Positions 20,777-30,306 of a stretch of DNA of 64,000 nt are shown here, one piece after another. Position 1 is the first letter of the stretch, and the number at the start of each line of letters is the position of its first letter. The notes beneath the pieces were generated by a model. The model was given only the letters and a program-made list of their open reading frames with translations. It did not search any database and was not told the origin of the DNA. A program made the translations under genes and the position numbers. The DNA is from Sphingomicrobium sp. (GTDB taxonomy: Bacteria > Pseudomonadota > Alphaproteobacteria > Sphingomonadales > Sphingomonadaceae). The stretch spans positions 8,467 to 72,466 of the forward strand of contig JBDTRT010000094.1 in assembly GCA_039931595.1 (NCBI GenBank), written 5' to 3'.

Positions 20777-21718
20777 TCAGGCGCTTGGGAAACGAGTGCC
20801 AAGCAGCTCCGCCCCGGGGCCGGCACTGCCCCGCGCCGCGTCGAACCGCTTGCGCGCAATCTGGACCGTGTTGGCGAGGGTCCCGAGCGGATCCTCGAGC
20901 GCCATCCGCCGCAGCATCCGCGCCGCCGCGCGCCATTGCCCGCCGCGGTAACAGCGCGACGCCATGAACCGCATCAGCCGCGTGCGATTGCGCCGCAGGC
21001 CCGCCGCGCGTTGCCGAGTGGTGCCGAATTCGACTTCGCACTGGGCATGCGCCTCGAGCATCACGTCGAAGTCGCTCGACAGGCTGTCCGGTCGGTCGCG
21101 GTAGCCGACCAGGAATTCGCGGACCAGGGCGAAGCTGTGGCGTTCGGCGATGCGGAACCACAATTTGTAATCCTCGCAGCCGCGCAGGCGCTCGTCGTAG
21201 CCACCCGCCTCGGCGACCGCCGCGCGGGTGATCAGCGGCGCGCTGCCATTACCGACGAAATTGCGCTCGCACAGCGCCGCTACGACCTCTCCTTCGGCCT
21301 CGCTCCTCGAATCGAGGAAGCGGATCCGGCTGTCGGCGTCGACTATCGCATACCAGCAGTAGACCAAAGCGACGGCCGGATCGGCGAACGCTTCGAGCTG
21401 GCGGGCGAGCTTGTCGGCGCGCCACAAGTCGTCGGCGTCGAGCGGCGCAAGATAATCGCCCTTGCTTAGCGCGATTCCGCGGTTGCGCGCCGCCGATGGT
21501 CCGCCATTGGCGGCCTGCCGCTCGATCAGCACGCGCTGATCCTCCCGCCGATGGCGTTCGACGATGTCGAGCGTGGCATCGCTCGAACCGTCGTCGATCA
21601 CGATGATCTCGAGATGCTGGTGGGTCTGGCCGCGCACGCTGCGCAGGGTCTGGTCAATCGTCGCCGCGGCGTTGAACGCCGGGATAATCACCGACACCAG
21701 ATCCTTCCGTGCGTTCAT
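20777..21718 (-). CDS. Glycosyltransferase family 2
   Basis: VSVIIPAFN, IDDGSSD, LDADD, GNGSAPL, CEDY. Confidence 0.88.
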   Translation of the reverse strand: MNARKDLVSVIIPAFNAAATIDQTLRSVRGQTHQHLEIIVIDDGSSDATLDIVERHRREDQRVLIERQAANGGPSAARNRGIALSKGDYLAPLDADDLWRADKLARQLEAFADPAVALVYCWYAIVDADSRIRFLDSRSEAEGEVVAALCERNFVGNGSAPLITRAAVAEAGGYDERLRGCEDYKLWFRIAERHSFALVREFLVGYRDRPDSLSSDFDVMLEAHAQCEVEFGTTRQRAAGLRRNRTRLMRFMASRCYRGGQWRAAARMLRRMALEDPLGTLANTVQIARKRFDAARGSAGPGAELLGTRFPSA

Positions 21719-21809
21719 CGATCCACCCGCTGGCCTGATGCTGGGCAAGCAGTAGCTGTGGTTGCCGCCGCCCTCAATCCTGTGCGACCCTTGCGCCAGG
21801 GGAGCGCCG

Positions 21810-22952
21810 GTGCAGCGGACATTCGTTTTCGTGATCAACTCGATGGGCACCGGCGGCGCCGAGCGCGTGCTGGTCAATCTGCTCGAGGCGATGAGCGAGC
21901 AGCGCCGCGCCCAGACCTCGGTCCATGTCGTCCTGCTCGACCGCATGGCCGAAGCGCGCGAACTGCCCAGTTTCGTCCACAAGCATGTGCTCGACAGCCG
22001 CGGTTCGCTGGTCAGCAGCATGGTCGGCCTGTCGCACGTGCTGCGCCGGATCAAACCCGACCTGGTGGTCAGCTTCCTGGTCCGGGCCAATGTCGCCAGC
22101 TCGCTGGTGTGCTGGAGCCGCGGCATCCCGTCGGTGCTGTGCGAGCGGATGCATCTCAGCTCGCATCTCGCCGGGCGCTATGACGGCGTGCGGCTGGTCG
22201 CGGCGCGGGCGCTGCCGCGGCTCGCTTACCGATTCGCGACCCGGCTGGTCGGCGTTTCCCAGGGGGTCACCGATGACCTTATCGCGCGCTTCGGCGCCGA
22301 TCCGCGCCGCACCGAGACCATGGAAAATCCGTTCGACCTGGCAGCGATCGAGCAGGAATCGAAGGCGCCGCCCGAGTTCGACTTGCCGCAGCGCTTCATC
22401 GTCGCCGCCGGCCGGCTCGAGCCGGCCAAGGCGATCGACACGCTGATCGACGCCTATCTTGCGTCGGGGGTCGAGCCGGCGCTGGTCATCCTTGGCGAAG
22501 GCAGCAAGCGGCCCAGGCTGGAGGCGCGGATCCATGCTGCCGGGGCCGCGAGCCGCATCCTGCTGCCGGGCTATGCGCGCAATCCGTTCGCGGTGATGGG
22601 TCGGGCCGAAGCCTATGTCTCGGCCTCGACCAACGAAGGCTTCCCCAATGCGATGGTCGAGGCGATGGCGCTCGGCCTGCCGGTGATCGCCACCGATTGC
22701 CAGTCGGGGCCGGCCGAGATCCTGGCCGGGGTGAGCCGCCTGCACTGCCGCGAAGTGACCTTCGCCGACCATGGCGTGCTGGTCCCCGAACGGGATGTCG
22801 GGGCACTCGCCGCGGCTATGCGCGCGATCCTCGGCGATTCCGCCCAGAGGCTCGACTACGCCCGGCGCTCGCGGCTGCGCGCACAGGACTTCGCGGTCGC
22901 TCCGATGGCGGATAGAAGCTGGGCCCTGTTCGACCGGGTCGCGGCCGGCTAG
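21810..22952 (+). CDS. Glycosyltransferase family 4 (PglJ-like)
   Basis: GTG start; GGAERV, AGRL, EGFPNAMVEAMALG, SGPAEIL. Confidence 0.88.
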   Translation: MQRTFVFVINSMGTGGAERVLVNLLEAMSEQRRAQTSVHVVLLDRMAEARELPSFVHKHVLDSRGSLVSSMVGLSHVLRRIKPDLVVSFLVRANVASSLVCWSRGIPSVLCERMHLSSHLAGRYDGVRLVAARALPRLAYRFATRLVGVSQGVTDDLIARFGADPRRTETMENPFDLAAIEQESKAPPEFDLPQRFIVAAGRLEPAKAIDTLIDAYLASGVEPALVILGEGSKRPRLEARIHAAGAASRILLPGYARNPFAVMGRAEAYVSASTNEGFPNAMVEAMALGLPVIATDCQSGPAEILAGVSRLHCREVTFADHGVLVPERDVGALAAAMRAILGDSAQRLDYARRSRLRAQDFAVAPMADRSWALFDRVAAG

Positions 22953-22956
22953 CCGG

Positions 22957-24189
22957 TCAGGACGCGAGCACGGCGCGCGGCGCGGCAAGCTCACGATAGA
23001 GTTCGAGATGCTGGGCGGCGATGTCGTTCCAGTCCTGCCGGCGCTGGATCTCGGACGCGTGCGGGGCGCTGTACTGCTCGTAATTTCCGGCCTTAAGCTT
23101 GGCGGCCAGCGTCGCGACGTCGCCGGCTACGAAATAGCATTGCTCCGGAAGTTCGAATTCGAGGTGGGGCGGGATGTCGCTGACGATCAGCGGCAAGTCG
23201 AGTGTCAGCGCCTCAGCAATGACCAGGCCATAGCCCTCGAGCCGTGACGGATGAACGAACAGTGCCGCGCCACGATAGAGACTGGCGAGCACGTCACCGG
23301 TCTGGAAGCCGGTAAAGATGATGTCGTCCGAGCGGTGCTTCCACAGCTCGGTGGCATGGGCTTCATTGCCGATCTCGGAGCCGACGATGACCAGCTTGCA
23401 ATCCGGCTTGGCGCGACAAAAGGCGGCGATCAGATCGTCAAACGACTTGGCCGCATCGAGCCGGCCAACCGCCAGGATATAGCCGTTCGGAACCAGCCCG
23501 AACCGGGCCAGCACAGGCGCGATGTCGTTGGGCACCGGACCCGCCAGGGCGCTTGCATTGGGGATCATGCGCGACCTTGTCCGAACCACCGGATAGGCTT
23601 CGACGAACTCGCGATGGAGGGCGTTGCTGACGCAGATCACGGCATTGGCGAACCGGGCACTGAGCATTTCGCCGAGGCGCAGGAAGGTCCGGCCGCGCCA
23701 CGACCATTTGGGCCGGAGATAATCGCGAGCGTGGTGCGTAACCACGGTCGGCATCCCGAGCAGCCGGGCCAGCGGCGTGAAGAAGCCGGGTCCGATGCCA
23801 TGCAAATGGATCACGTCGGGCCGCAGGAACAGCCGCGCGTAGAGCACCGACAGAAAGCTGTGGATGACCGTGTCGACCCCCCAGATGTGGGGCGACCAGA
23901 TCGTTCGCACCTGGATTCCCTCATATTCGAAGAACCGGCTCTGGGTGTAGCCGCTGCGGATGACGACCGTCACCCGGGTGCCGCGCGAGAGCTTGACCAG
24001 GCGCGGGTAGAGTTGCTGGCAATGCGCTTCGATGCCGCCGATCACGTCGGGGATGCCGCGCAGGCCAATGACGCAGATGTGGCGCGCGCGGTCGCCCCGA
24101 ACCACGCTTGTGGCCCGGCCCAGGCCCGCGGCATTCGCCGTTTCCACGCCCTTGGCCAAATCACCTCCAGTGGCGCGACCGTCCAGCAT
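22957..24189 (-). CDS. Glycosyltransferase family 4
   Basis: GLRGIPDVIGGIE, VGRL, EGYGLVIAEA, SDIP; start uncertain. Confidence 0.85.
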   Translation of the reverse strand: MLDGRATGGDLAKGVETANAAGLGRATSVVRGDRARHICVIGLRGIPDVIGGIEAHCQQLYPRLVKLSRGTRVTVVIRSGYTQSRFFEYEGIQVRTIWSPHIWGVDTVIHSFLSVLYARLFLRPDVIHLHGIGPGFFTPLARLLGMPTVVTHHARDYLRPKWSWRGRTFLRLGEMLSARFANAVICVSNALHREFVEAYPVVRTRSRMIPNASALAGPVPNDIAPVLARFGLVPNGYILAVGRLDAAKSFDDLIAAFCRAKPDCKLVIVGSEIGNEAHATELWKHRSDDIIFTGFQTGDVLASLYRGAALFVHPSRLEGYGLVIAEALTLDLPLIVSDIPPHLEFELPEQCYFVAGDVATLAAKLKAGNYEQYSAPHASEIQRRQDWNDIAAQHLELYRELAAPRAVLAS

Positions 24190-24937
24190 GGGTCGCCCCG
24201 TCCCGTCTTTTAAGCAAAAAACGGTTATATTCCAGTAAATCACGGCGGAGCTAATAGGATTCACCGCATGCAACGGGGTCAGGAGTCGCGTGGACTCTGT
24301 CCGGATCTGCTCGATCGAGTGACGCGCTAGCTTGACCGTTTTAAATCGCCCCGCCGGGCCAGCCAATGTTCCGCCGGATCGCGCGCCAGCAACTGCCGCG
24401 AGGCCCCTTTCCGCAGGCGCGCCAGCCGCCCTCATCCGCCTTCCATTTGCTCAGCGCTCCCGCAACGGCGGGTTGGAAAGCTTGCCGGAAAGGATCGCAG
24501 CAAAGCGATTTCGTAGGCCTTTTTGCCCGAACCGGTCTTTTTCAAGCAGCATCTCGCCAGGCCGAAGCCCGCGCGGGGCCAATGCAAGGCACGTGACTAC
24601 TCACCGGGACACAAGGCAACCATTCCGACTTCCGCTTTCTCTATCGAAGCGATTGCCTAGCTCGGGTTGCCCCGGATGGGCGGGGGGAGGATTGCGATCG
24701 TCAAGCCTCGCCCCCTTCGCCGTCGAAACGACGATGCAGCGACTGATCATGGCTGTGGCGGCAGCGGCAAGACGGTCCGGCGGCGGCGTCTCAAACCGGG
24801 GCAGTGCAGACGCCGCCCTCCCGCGCCGGACGGTCGGCGCGTTATCGACTGGAAAGCGGACGCTTACAGTGTCACATCATGGCGGCCGTCGCGTGCGATT
24901 GGGTCCGATGCGGTTGTTGCAGTGGAGGGGAAGAGCA

Positions 24938-25768
24938 TTGGCATATCGCAGGCGCCGGCGGAAACGCGTCCCGCGCAATTTCGTCAAGATCTCGGCGGTG
25001 GTGGTGGTAACAATCGCCGTCATCATCGCCGCCGTCCAGGTGATGACGACCGGCGGATTTAATGCTCCGTGGAACAGCACGCCCAACGAACGCGTAGCGG
25101 AAGCGCTCGCGGACAATCCCAGCCTGGTCAATTTCTACGACCCGCTGAAACAATATTTCCCAGAGAATTATATGGAGCTTTCGCGAGGGGTGTCGTCGCT
25201 GACCAATCGCGGAGCGTCGAGCGACGAGATCGCCCAATATTCGTTCCTGGCGATGCGCGCCTTCGTCACCGACCACATGCAGGACATTGCATCCGCGCCA
25301 ACCCCAATGCTGGTCCGGATCGCCAAGTCGCAAGCCAATGTCGCGCGCATCCTGTCCCGCGAGAACCCAGCCGCCTGCGCCCAATATGGCGTGTCGGGAT
25401 TGAAAGCCGAAATGCTGGCGGGACTGTCCCCTGCCGCCCGGGCCAGTATCGGCGCCGGGGTCCGGGCGACCATCGAGGCCGCGCATAAAGGCGCCGCGAG
25501 CCCGATCATGCGAGAGGGAAAGCTGACGCAGGAAGACACCAACCAGCTCGTTCGTGCACTTGGGCAAAGCGGACTGACCGAGGTCCAGATGCGGTTGCTG
25601 TCGACCGGCGGGATCGAGAAAGCCAGCATCGCCGATCAATGCCAGGTGACGCTTGCGCTATATGATACGATCGCACGGATGCCGTCCGAAAGGGCCGCTC
25701 GCGTGACTTCGAGCCTGCTCCGGAAATCAACCCAGCAGGACGCGCCGCCGCTCAATCCCCCAAGCTGA
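24938..25768 (+). CDS. Hypothetical protein with basic N-terminus and single membrane anchor
   Basis: TTG after RBS GGAGGGG; RRRRRKR followed by hydrophobic ISAVVVVTIAVIIAAV; two Cys-bearing helical segments. Confidence 0.6.
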   Translation: MAYRRRRRKRVPRNFVKISAVVVVTIAVIIAAVQVMTTGGFNAPWNSTPNERVAEALADNPSLVNFYDPLKQYFPENYMELSRGVSSLTNRGASSDEIAQYSFLAMRAFVTDHMQDIASAPTPMLVRIAKSQANVARILSRENPAACAQYGVSGLKAEMLAGLSPAARASIGAGVRATIEAAHKGAASPIMREGKLTQEDTNQLVRALGQSGLTEVQMRLLSTGGIEKASIADQCQVTLALYDTIARMPSERAARVTSSLLRKSTQQDAPPLNPPS

Positions 25769-26055
25769 TCTGAGCCGGCCTAGCGCGACGAGCGAGAGGT
25801 CGAGCATTCGAAGCTGAGTTGCCATTCGCCATGTCGATGCGTTCTCGAAATCGTCGTCCGGGGACAGGCCGCGCGCTAGTCCGCTGGCCGGGCAAAATGC
25901 CGCGATCCGCTGCTTATTGGGAGGGCGTGTACCAAGCCCGGCCGCGCCGCGCGCCGGCGCAATACTACCTACGGCGGGCGAACTACGAAATGATGCCGGA
26001 TGAGGTCGAGATAAGCAGCTCCGGCGTTACCGACGGAGTTCGGGAGAGCGCCGGA

Positions 26056-26373
26056 CTAGTCCTCCTGCGCAACCGTCACCGCGATCCCGTTAAGCGCGTC
26101 GGTCACCGGAATTTGGCACGACAAACGACTATTCGACTGCCGGTCGTCCGAGCTGTCGAGCAGATCATCTTCATCCGCGCTCATCGGCGCCAGTTTCTCA
26201 AGCCACTCCTCGGCGACATGAACATGGCACGTCGCGCAACTGCAATTGCCGCCGCACAAGGCGAGGATTTCGTCGATCCCCCCATCGCGCAGATTCTCCA
26301 TTAGCGAGCGGCCGCTGGTCGCTTCGACAATGCGCTGTTCGCCGTGGCGGGTGGTGACGTTGACGGTCGGCAT
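26056..26373 (-). CDS. Putidaredoxin/adrenodoxin-type 2Fe-2S ferredoxin
   Basis: [25 protein letters not shown]. Confidence 0.92.
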   Translation of the reverse strand: MPTVNVTTRHGEQRIVEATSGRSLMENLRDGGIDEILALCGGNCSCATCHVHVAEEWLEKLAPMSADEDDLLDSSDDRQSNSRLSCQIPVTDALNGIAVTVAQED

Positions 26374-26375
26374 GT

Positions 26376-27608
26376 TCACTCCTGAAGGGCGAGGCTTTTA
26401 AGCGGGATCGCAGCGTCGCTAACCACCGCGGGGTCGAGCGCAGCACGGCGCTCGACCAGCGCGCGACCCTGGACGAAATCCTTGACCATGTTGACGCAGT
26501 CGAGCGCGACAATCGTCCCGCCGCGCCAATAGACAACCGAGAAGCGGCCGCTCGCTGGATCGCCGCGGACGACCGCCTGGTCATAATCACTATTGAGCCC
26601 GACGGTCTGCAGCTTGATGTCGAACTGGTTCGACCAGAACCAGGGTGTTGCCGCATAAGCGAGCGGGTCGCCGACAATATGCCGGGCGGCGACGGTGGCT
26701 TGGTCGACGGCGTTCTGGACCGATTCGACCCGCACTTGGCGCTGCGGACCGAAGGCGTTGCGGTGGAGCGCGCAGTCGCCGACCGCGTAAATGTCAGGCA
26801 GACTGGTGCGGCAATAGTCATCGACCGCGGTCCCATTGGGCGCGTCGGCGCCGGCATCCGCGAGAGCGGCGACGTGCGGCACGATGCCGATGCCGACGAT
26901 GACCACATCCGCCGCCAGCGAGCTTCCGTCGGCGAGGATGACGCGCGCGACGCGGCCGTTTTCGCCTTGGATACAGGTGACCGATGCATTGAGGCGGATA
27001 TCGACCCCCCGCGCGCAATGCTGGGCCTGGAAGAAATCCGAAATCGGGCTGGCGGCAACCCGCGCCAGCAATCGGTCGAGCGCTTCGAGTACGGTTACAT
27101 GCTTGCCAAGTTTGGTCAGCGACGCCGCCGCCTCGAGCCCGATATAGCCGCCGCCAATCACCACGATGCGCTGGGCATCGGTCAATTCGCCGCGCAGCCG
27201 GTCGACGTCGGCACGGCTGCGGATCGCATGCAGGCCGGCGAGGTCGTGGCCGTCGCAGGTCAGCCGCCGCGGCTCGCCGCCGGCGGCCCAGACCAACTTG
27301 CCATAGCCGACGACATCGCCGCTTTCGCACGTCACGCGATGGCCTGCGGGATCGACCGACGACACCGTTTGCCCAAGGACCAGTTCGATCCGTTTCTCCT
27401 CGTAGAAGCCCGGCCCGCGCAGGTGAATCGAGTGGAAGTCCTTGTCGCCGCTCAAGTAATCCTTGGACAGTGGCGGCCGCTCATAGGGTTCGTCGTGGTC
27501 GGCGGTAAGGATCGCGATCGACCCATCAAAGTCGAGCTGACGCAGCATGCTCGCAGCCTGCACGCCGCCATGGCCGCTGCCGATGATCAGGACATCATAA
27601 TGGCTCAA
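26376..27608 (-). CDS. NAD(P)H:ferredoxin reductase (GR/putidaredoxin-reductase type)
   Basis: TTG start overlapping the thiolase stop; [35 protein letters not shown]. Confidence 0.92.
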   Translation of the reverse strand: MSHYDVLIIGSGHGGVQAASMLRQLDFDGSIAILTADHDEPYERPPLSKDYLSGDKDFHSIHLRGPGFYEEKRIELVLGQTVSSVDPAGHRVTCESGDVVGYGKLVWAAGGEPRRLTCDGHDLAGLHAIRSRADVDRLRGELTDAQRIVVIGGGYIGLEAAASLTKLGKHVTVLEALDRLLARVAASPISDFFQAQHCARGVDIRLNASVTCIQGENGRVARVILADGSSLAADVVIVGIGIVPHVAALADAGADAPNGTAVDDYCRTSLPDIYAVGDCALHRNAFGPQRQVRVESVQNAVDQATVAARHIVGDPLAYAATPWFWSNQFDIKLQTVGLNSDYDQAVVRGDPASGRFSVVYWRGGTIVALDCVNMVKDFVQGRALVERRAALDPAVVSDAAIPLKSLALQE

Positions 27609-28783
27609 TGCAGCCGCTCGATGATGGTCGCGTTGGCGATGCCGCCGCCTTCGCACATGGTTTGCAACCCAAACCGCCCGCCGCGTTTGCGCAAGCCGTG
27701 GACCAGCGTCGCCATCAACTTGGCCCCGGTTGCGCCGAGCGGATGGCCGAGCGCGATCGCACCGCCGTTGACGTTGAGCCTGGCCGGATCGGCGCCTAGT
27801 TCCTTGAGCCAGGCGAGCGGGATCGGAGCGAACGCCTCATTGACCTCGAACAAGTCGATGTCGCCGATCGTGCGCCCAGATCGCTCGAGCGCGCGGCGGG
27901 TCGCCGGAACCGGCTCCATCAGCATGATCACCGGATCGCCGGCGGTGACCGTCATCTGGTCGATCCGGGCCAGCGGCGTCAGGCCGTGATCCTTGAGCGC
28001 ACGCTCGCTGACCACCATCACGGCCGAGGCGCCGTCACAGATCTGGCTGGCATTGCCGGCGGTGATCACGCCACCTTCCTTGAGCGTCTTCAACGCGCCG
28101 AGACTTTCGAGCGAAGCATCGGCCCTTATCCCCTCGTCGCGGAAGTGGAGCGTTTCCTGCCCGTCGGCATCGATAATCCGGACCGGCACAATCTCTTCGT
28201 CAAACGCCCCGGCCGCGGTCGCCGCAGCCGCCTTGCGATGGCTGTCGAGCGCAAATGCGTCGAGTTGATCGCGCGTCATCTGGTAGTTTTGCGCGATCAT
28301 CTCGGCGCCGGTGAACTGGCTGAACTCGTCGACGCCGTAGCGCGTCAGGATGCGCTCGCTCCACGGACCGACCCCGACGCCGGCCTTGGCGGCGAGCAGG
28401 GTCGGGGCGCCCATCGGCACCCGCGTCATGCTCTCGACCCCCGCGGCGATGACCACATCCTGGACCCCGCTCATCACCGCCTGCGCGGCGAAATGGACCG
28501 ATTGCTGCGAGCTTCCGCACTGGCGATCGATAGTCACCGCCGGCACGCTGTCGGGCAGGCGCGAAGCGAACACCAGATTGCGCCCGACATGGAAACTTTG
28601 TTCGCCGACCTGGCTAACGCAGCCGGCGATGACATCCTCGACCGCCGCCGGGTCGATGCCCGTTCGGTCAAGGATCGCGTTGAGGACTTCGCCGCCCAGA
28701 TCGGCCGGGTGCCAATCCTTCAGCGCGCCGCCGCGCCGCCCGCCGGCAGTGCGCACCGCGGCGACGATATAGGCTTCGGCCAT
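27605..28783 (-). CDS. Acetyl-CoA C-acyltransferase (thiolase)
   Basis: DRQCGSSQ, NEAF, GHPLGATG, MCEGGG. Confidence 0.93.
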   Translation of the reverse strand: MAEAYIVAAVRTAGGRRGGALKDWHPADLGGEVLNAILDRTGIDPAAVEDVIAGCVSQVGEQSFHVGRNLVFASRLPDSVPAVTIDRQCGSSQQSVHFAAQAVMSGVQDVVIAAGVESMTRVPMGAPTLLAAKAGVGVGPWSERILTRYGVDEFSQFTGAEMIAQNYQMTRDQLDAFALDSHRKAAAATAAGAFDEEIVPVRIIDADGQETLHFRDEGIRADASLESLGALKTLKEGGVITAGNASQICDGASAVMVVSERALKDHGLTPLARIDQMTVTAGDPVIMLMEPVPATRRALERSGRTIGDIDLFEVNEAFAPIPLAWLKELGADPARLNVNGGAIALGHPLGATGAKLMATLVHGLRKRGGRFGLQTMCEGGGIANATIIERLH

Positions 28784-28798
28784 GCTCCTAATTCTCCA

Positions 28799-29944
28799 TC
28801 ATATTGCGAGTCCGAAAATTGCGGTCGCCTGGCTCGACAAGGAGCCGCCATTGGCGTGGACCAGCGCGATAGTTGCGTCAGCGACCTGGTTGGCCGCTTC
28901 GCCGCGCAGCTGGCGGACCGCCTCGACCAGCGCGAACAGCCCGTACATCCCGGGGTGGACGCACGACAGGCCGCCGCCGTTGGTGTTGACCGGCAGGCTG
29001 CCGCCGGGCGCGATCGCGCCGCTGGCGACGAACGGACCGCCCTCACCCTTGGCGCAAAAGCCGAGATCCTCGAGAAACAGGATCGGGTTGATGGTGAAGG
29101 CGTCGTAGAGCTGGACGACATCGACATCGTCCGGCCCAATTCCGGCGGCGGCCATTGCGCGCGGCCCACTTTCGCTCGCCGCCGTCACGGTCAGGTCGGG
29201 CATGCTCGAAATGTGATGGTGCCACGTCGCCGCCGCCGCGCCGAGCAGCGCGACCGGAGTCTTGCGCGCATCGCGGGCGCGGTCGGCGCGGGTCAGCACG
29301 ATCGCCGCCGCGCCGTCGGTCACCAGGCAGAAATCGCTCTTCGCCAGCGGATCGCTGATCATCCGCGAATTGAGGCAATCCGCGATCGTCAGATCACCCG
29401 TGGCAAAGGCTTCGGAATTGCCATTGGCCCATTGCCGCGCGGCGACCGCGACCGCCGCCAACTGCTCGCGGGTGGTTCCATAGTCATGCATGTGCCGCGC
29501 CGCCGCGAGCGCATAGCCGCTGGCCGGGAACAGGGGATTGTAAGGCGCTTCGTAAGGGCTTGGCCGCGCCGGGGTCGACAATGTCCCGCCAGCGCTGCGC
29601 TGGTTCGAGCCGTAAGCAAGCAAGGCGACGTCGATCTCGCCCGCTTCGAGCAGCGCTGCAGCAGTGACCAGATGGCTCACCGGGGCCGACCCGCCGGTGC
29701 GGTTGCAATCGGTGAACTTGGGCCGGAGGCCGAGATGCTCGGCGAGGCTGAGCCCGGCGAACATGTCGTCGGGCAGGCAGACGAACAGACCATCGACTTC
29801 AGCCAGCGCGATCCCTGCATCGTCGAGCGCGAGCAAGCCGGCGGTCGCGGCCATTTCGAGCGAGCTCGTGCCCGGGCATTCGCCGATGCCGAAGGTCGCC
29901 GCGCCGGCCACGGCCGCCTTGCCGGGGTTCATTGCGCGCTCCAT
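28799..29944 (-). CDS. SCP2-thiolase-like protein (Ltp2/DitF-like) lacking the nucleophilic Cys
   Basis: TGGSA in place of CxSG, QLYDAFT, NTNGGGLSCVHPG; start 29932 or 29944. Confidence 0.85.
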   Translation of the reverse strand: MERAMNPGKAAVAGAATFGIGECPGTSSLEMAATAGLLALDDAGIALAEVDGLFVCLPDDMFAGLSLAEHLGLRPKFTDCNRTGGSAPVSHLVTAAALLEAGEIDVALLAYGSNQRSAGGTLSTPARPSPYEAPYNPLFPASGYALAAARHMHDYGTTREQLAAVAVAARQWANGNSEAFATGDLTIADCLNSRMISDPLAKSDFCLVTDGAAAIVLTRADRARDARKTPVALLGAAAATWHHHISSMPDLTVTAASESGPRAMAAAGIGPDDVDVVQLYDAFTINPILFLEDLGFCAKGEGGPFVASGAIAPGGSLPVNTNGGGLSCVHPGMYGLFALVEAVRQLRGEAANQVADATIALVHANGGSLSSQATAIFGLAI

Positions 29945-29955
29945 AAGCTCGGGCG

Positions 29956-30306
29956 ATGAGCCCGGAGCAAAGTTGGCGCCAAGCGCTGGTGGACGGCGAG
30001 TTCAAGCTGCAGCGGGCACGCGCTAGTGGCCGCTTTTTCTTCCCGCCGCGGGTGGCCGAGCCGGGCACTGGCGATCGCGATTGGGAATGGGTCAGCGCGA
30101 GCGGCCAGGGCACGGTCTATTCGGTCACCACCGTCCGCCCGCGCGCGCCGGACGATCCGTATAGTGTGGTCCTGGTCGACCTCGCCGAAGGCCCGCGGAT
30201 GATGAGCCGGGTAGTCGGGACCGACGACGTGCGGATCGGCATGGCGGTCCGGGCGCGGATCGATCGCGCCGGCGACGCGCCGCTGTTGCTGTTCGAGCCG
30301 GCCTAG
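29956..30306 (+). CDS. DUF35/ChsH2-type OB-fold protein (Zn-ribbon without Cys)
   Basis: LQR..SG.FFFPPR, SGQGTVYSVT, LVDLAEGPRMMSRV, VRIGMAV. Confidence 0.88.
   Translation: MSPEQSWRQALVDGEFKLQRARASGRFFFPPRVAEPGTGDRDWEWVSASGQGTVYSVTTVRPRAPDDPYSVVLVDLAEGPRMMSRVVGTDDVRIGMAVRARIDRAGDAPLLLFEPA

Noticed and set aside
24581-24600. Sigma54 promoter on the minus strand (AGTCACGTGCCTTGC)
   Set aside because: Lacks the invariant GG at -24, and there is no activator gene in the window.
24332-24937. Long N-terminal extension of the 478-aa ORF
   Set aside because: Non-protein-like composition; a good RBS and membrane-anchor start lie at 24938.
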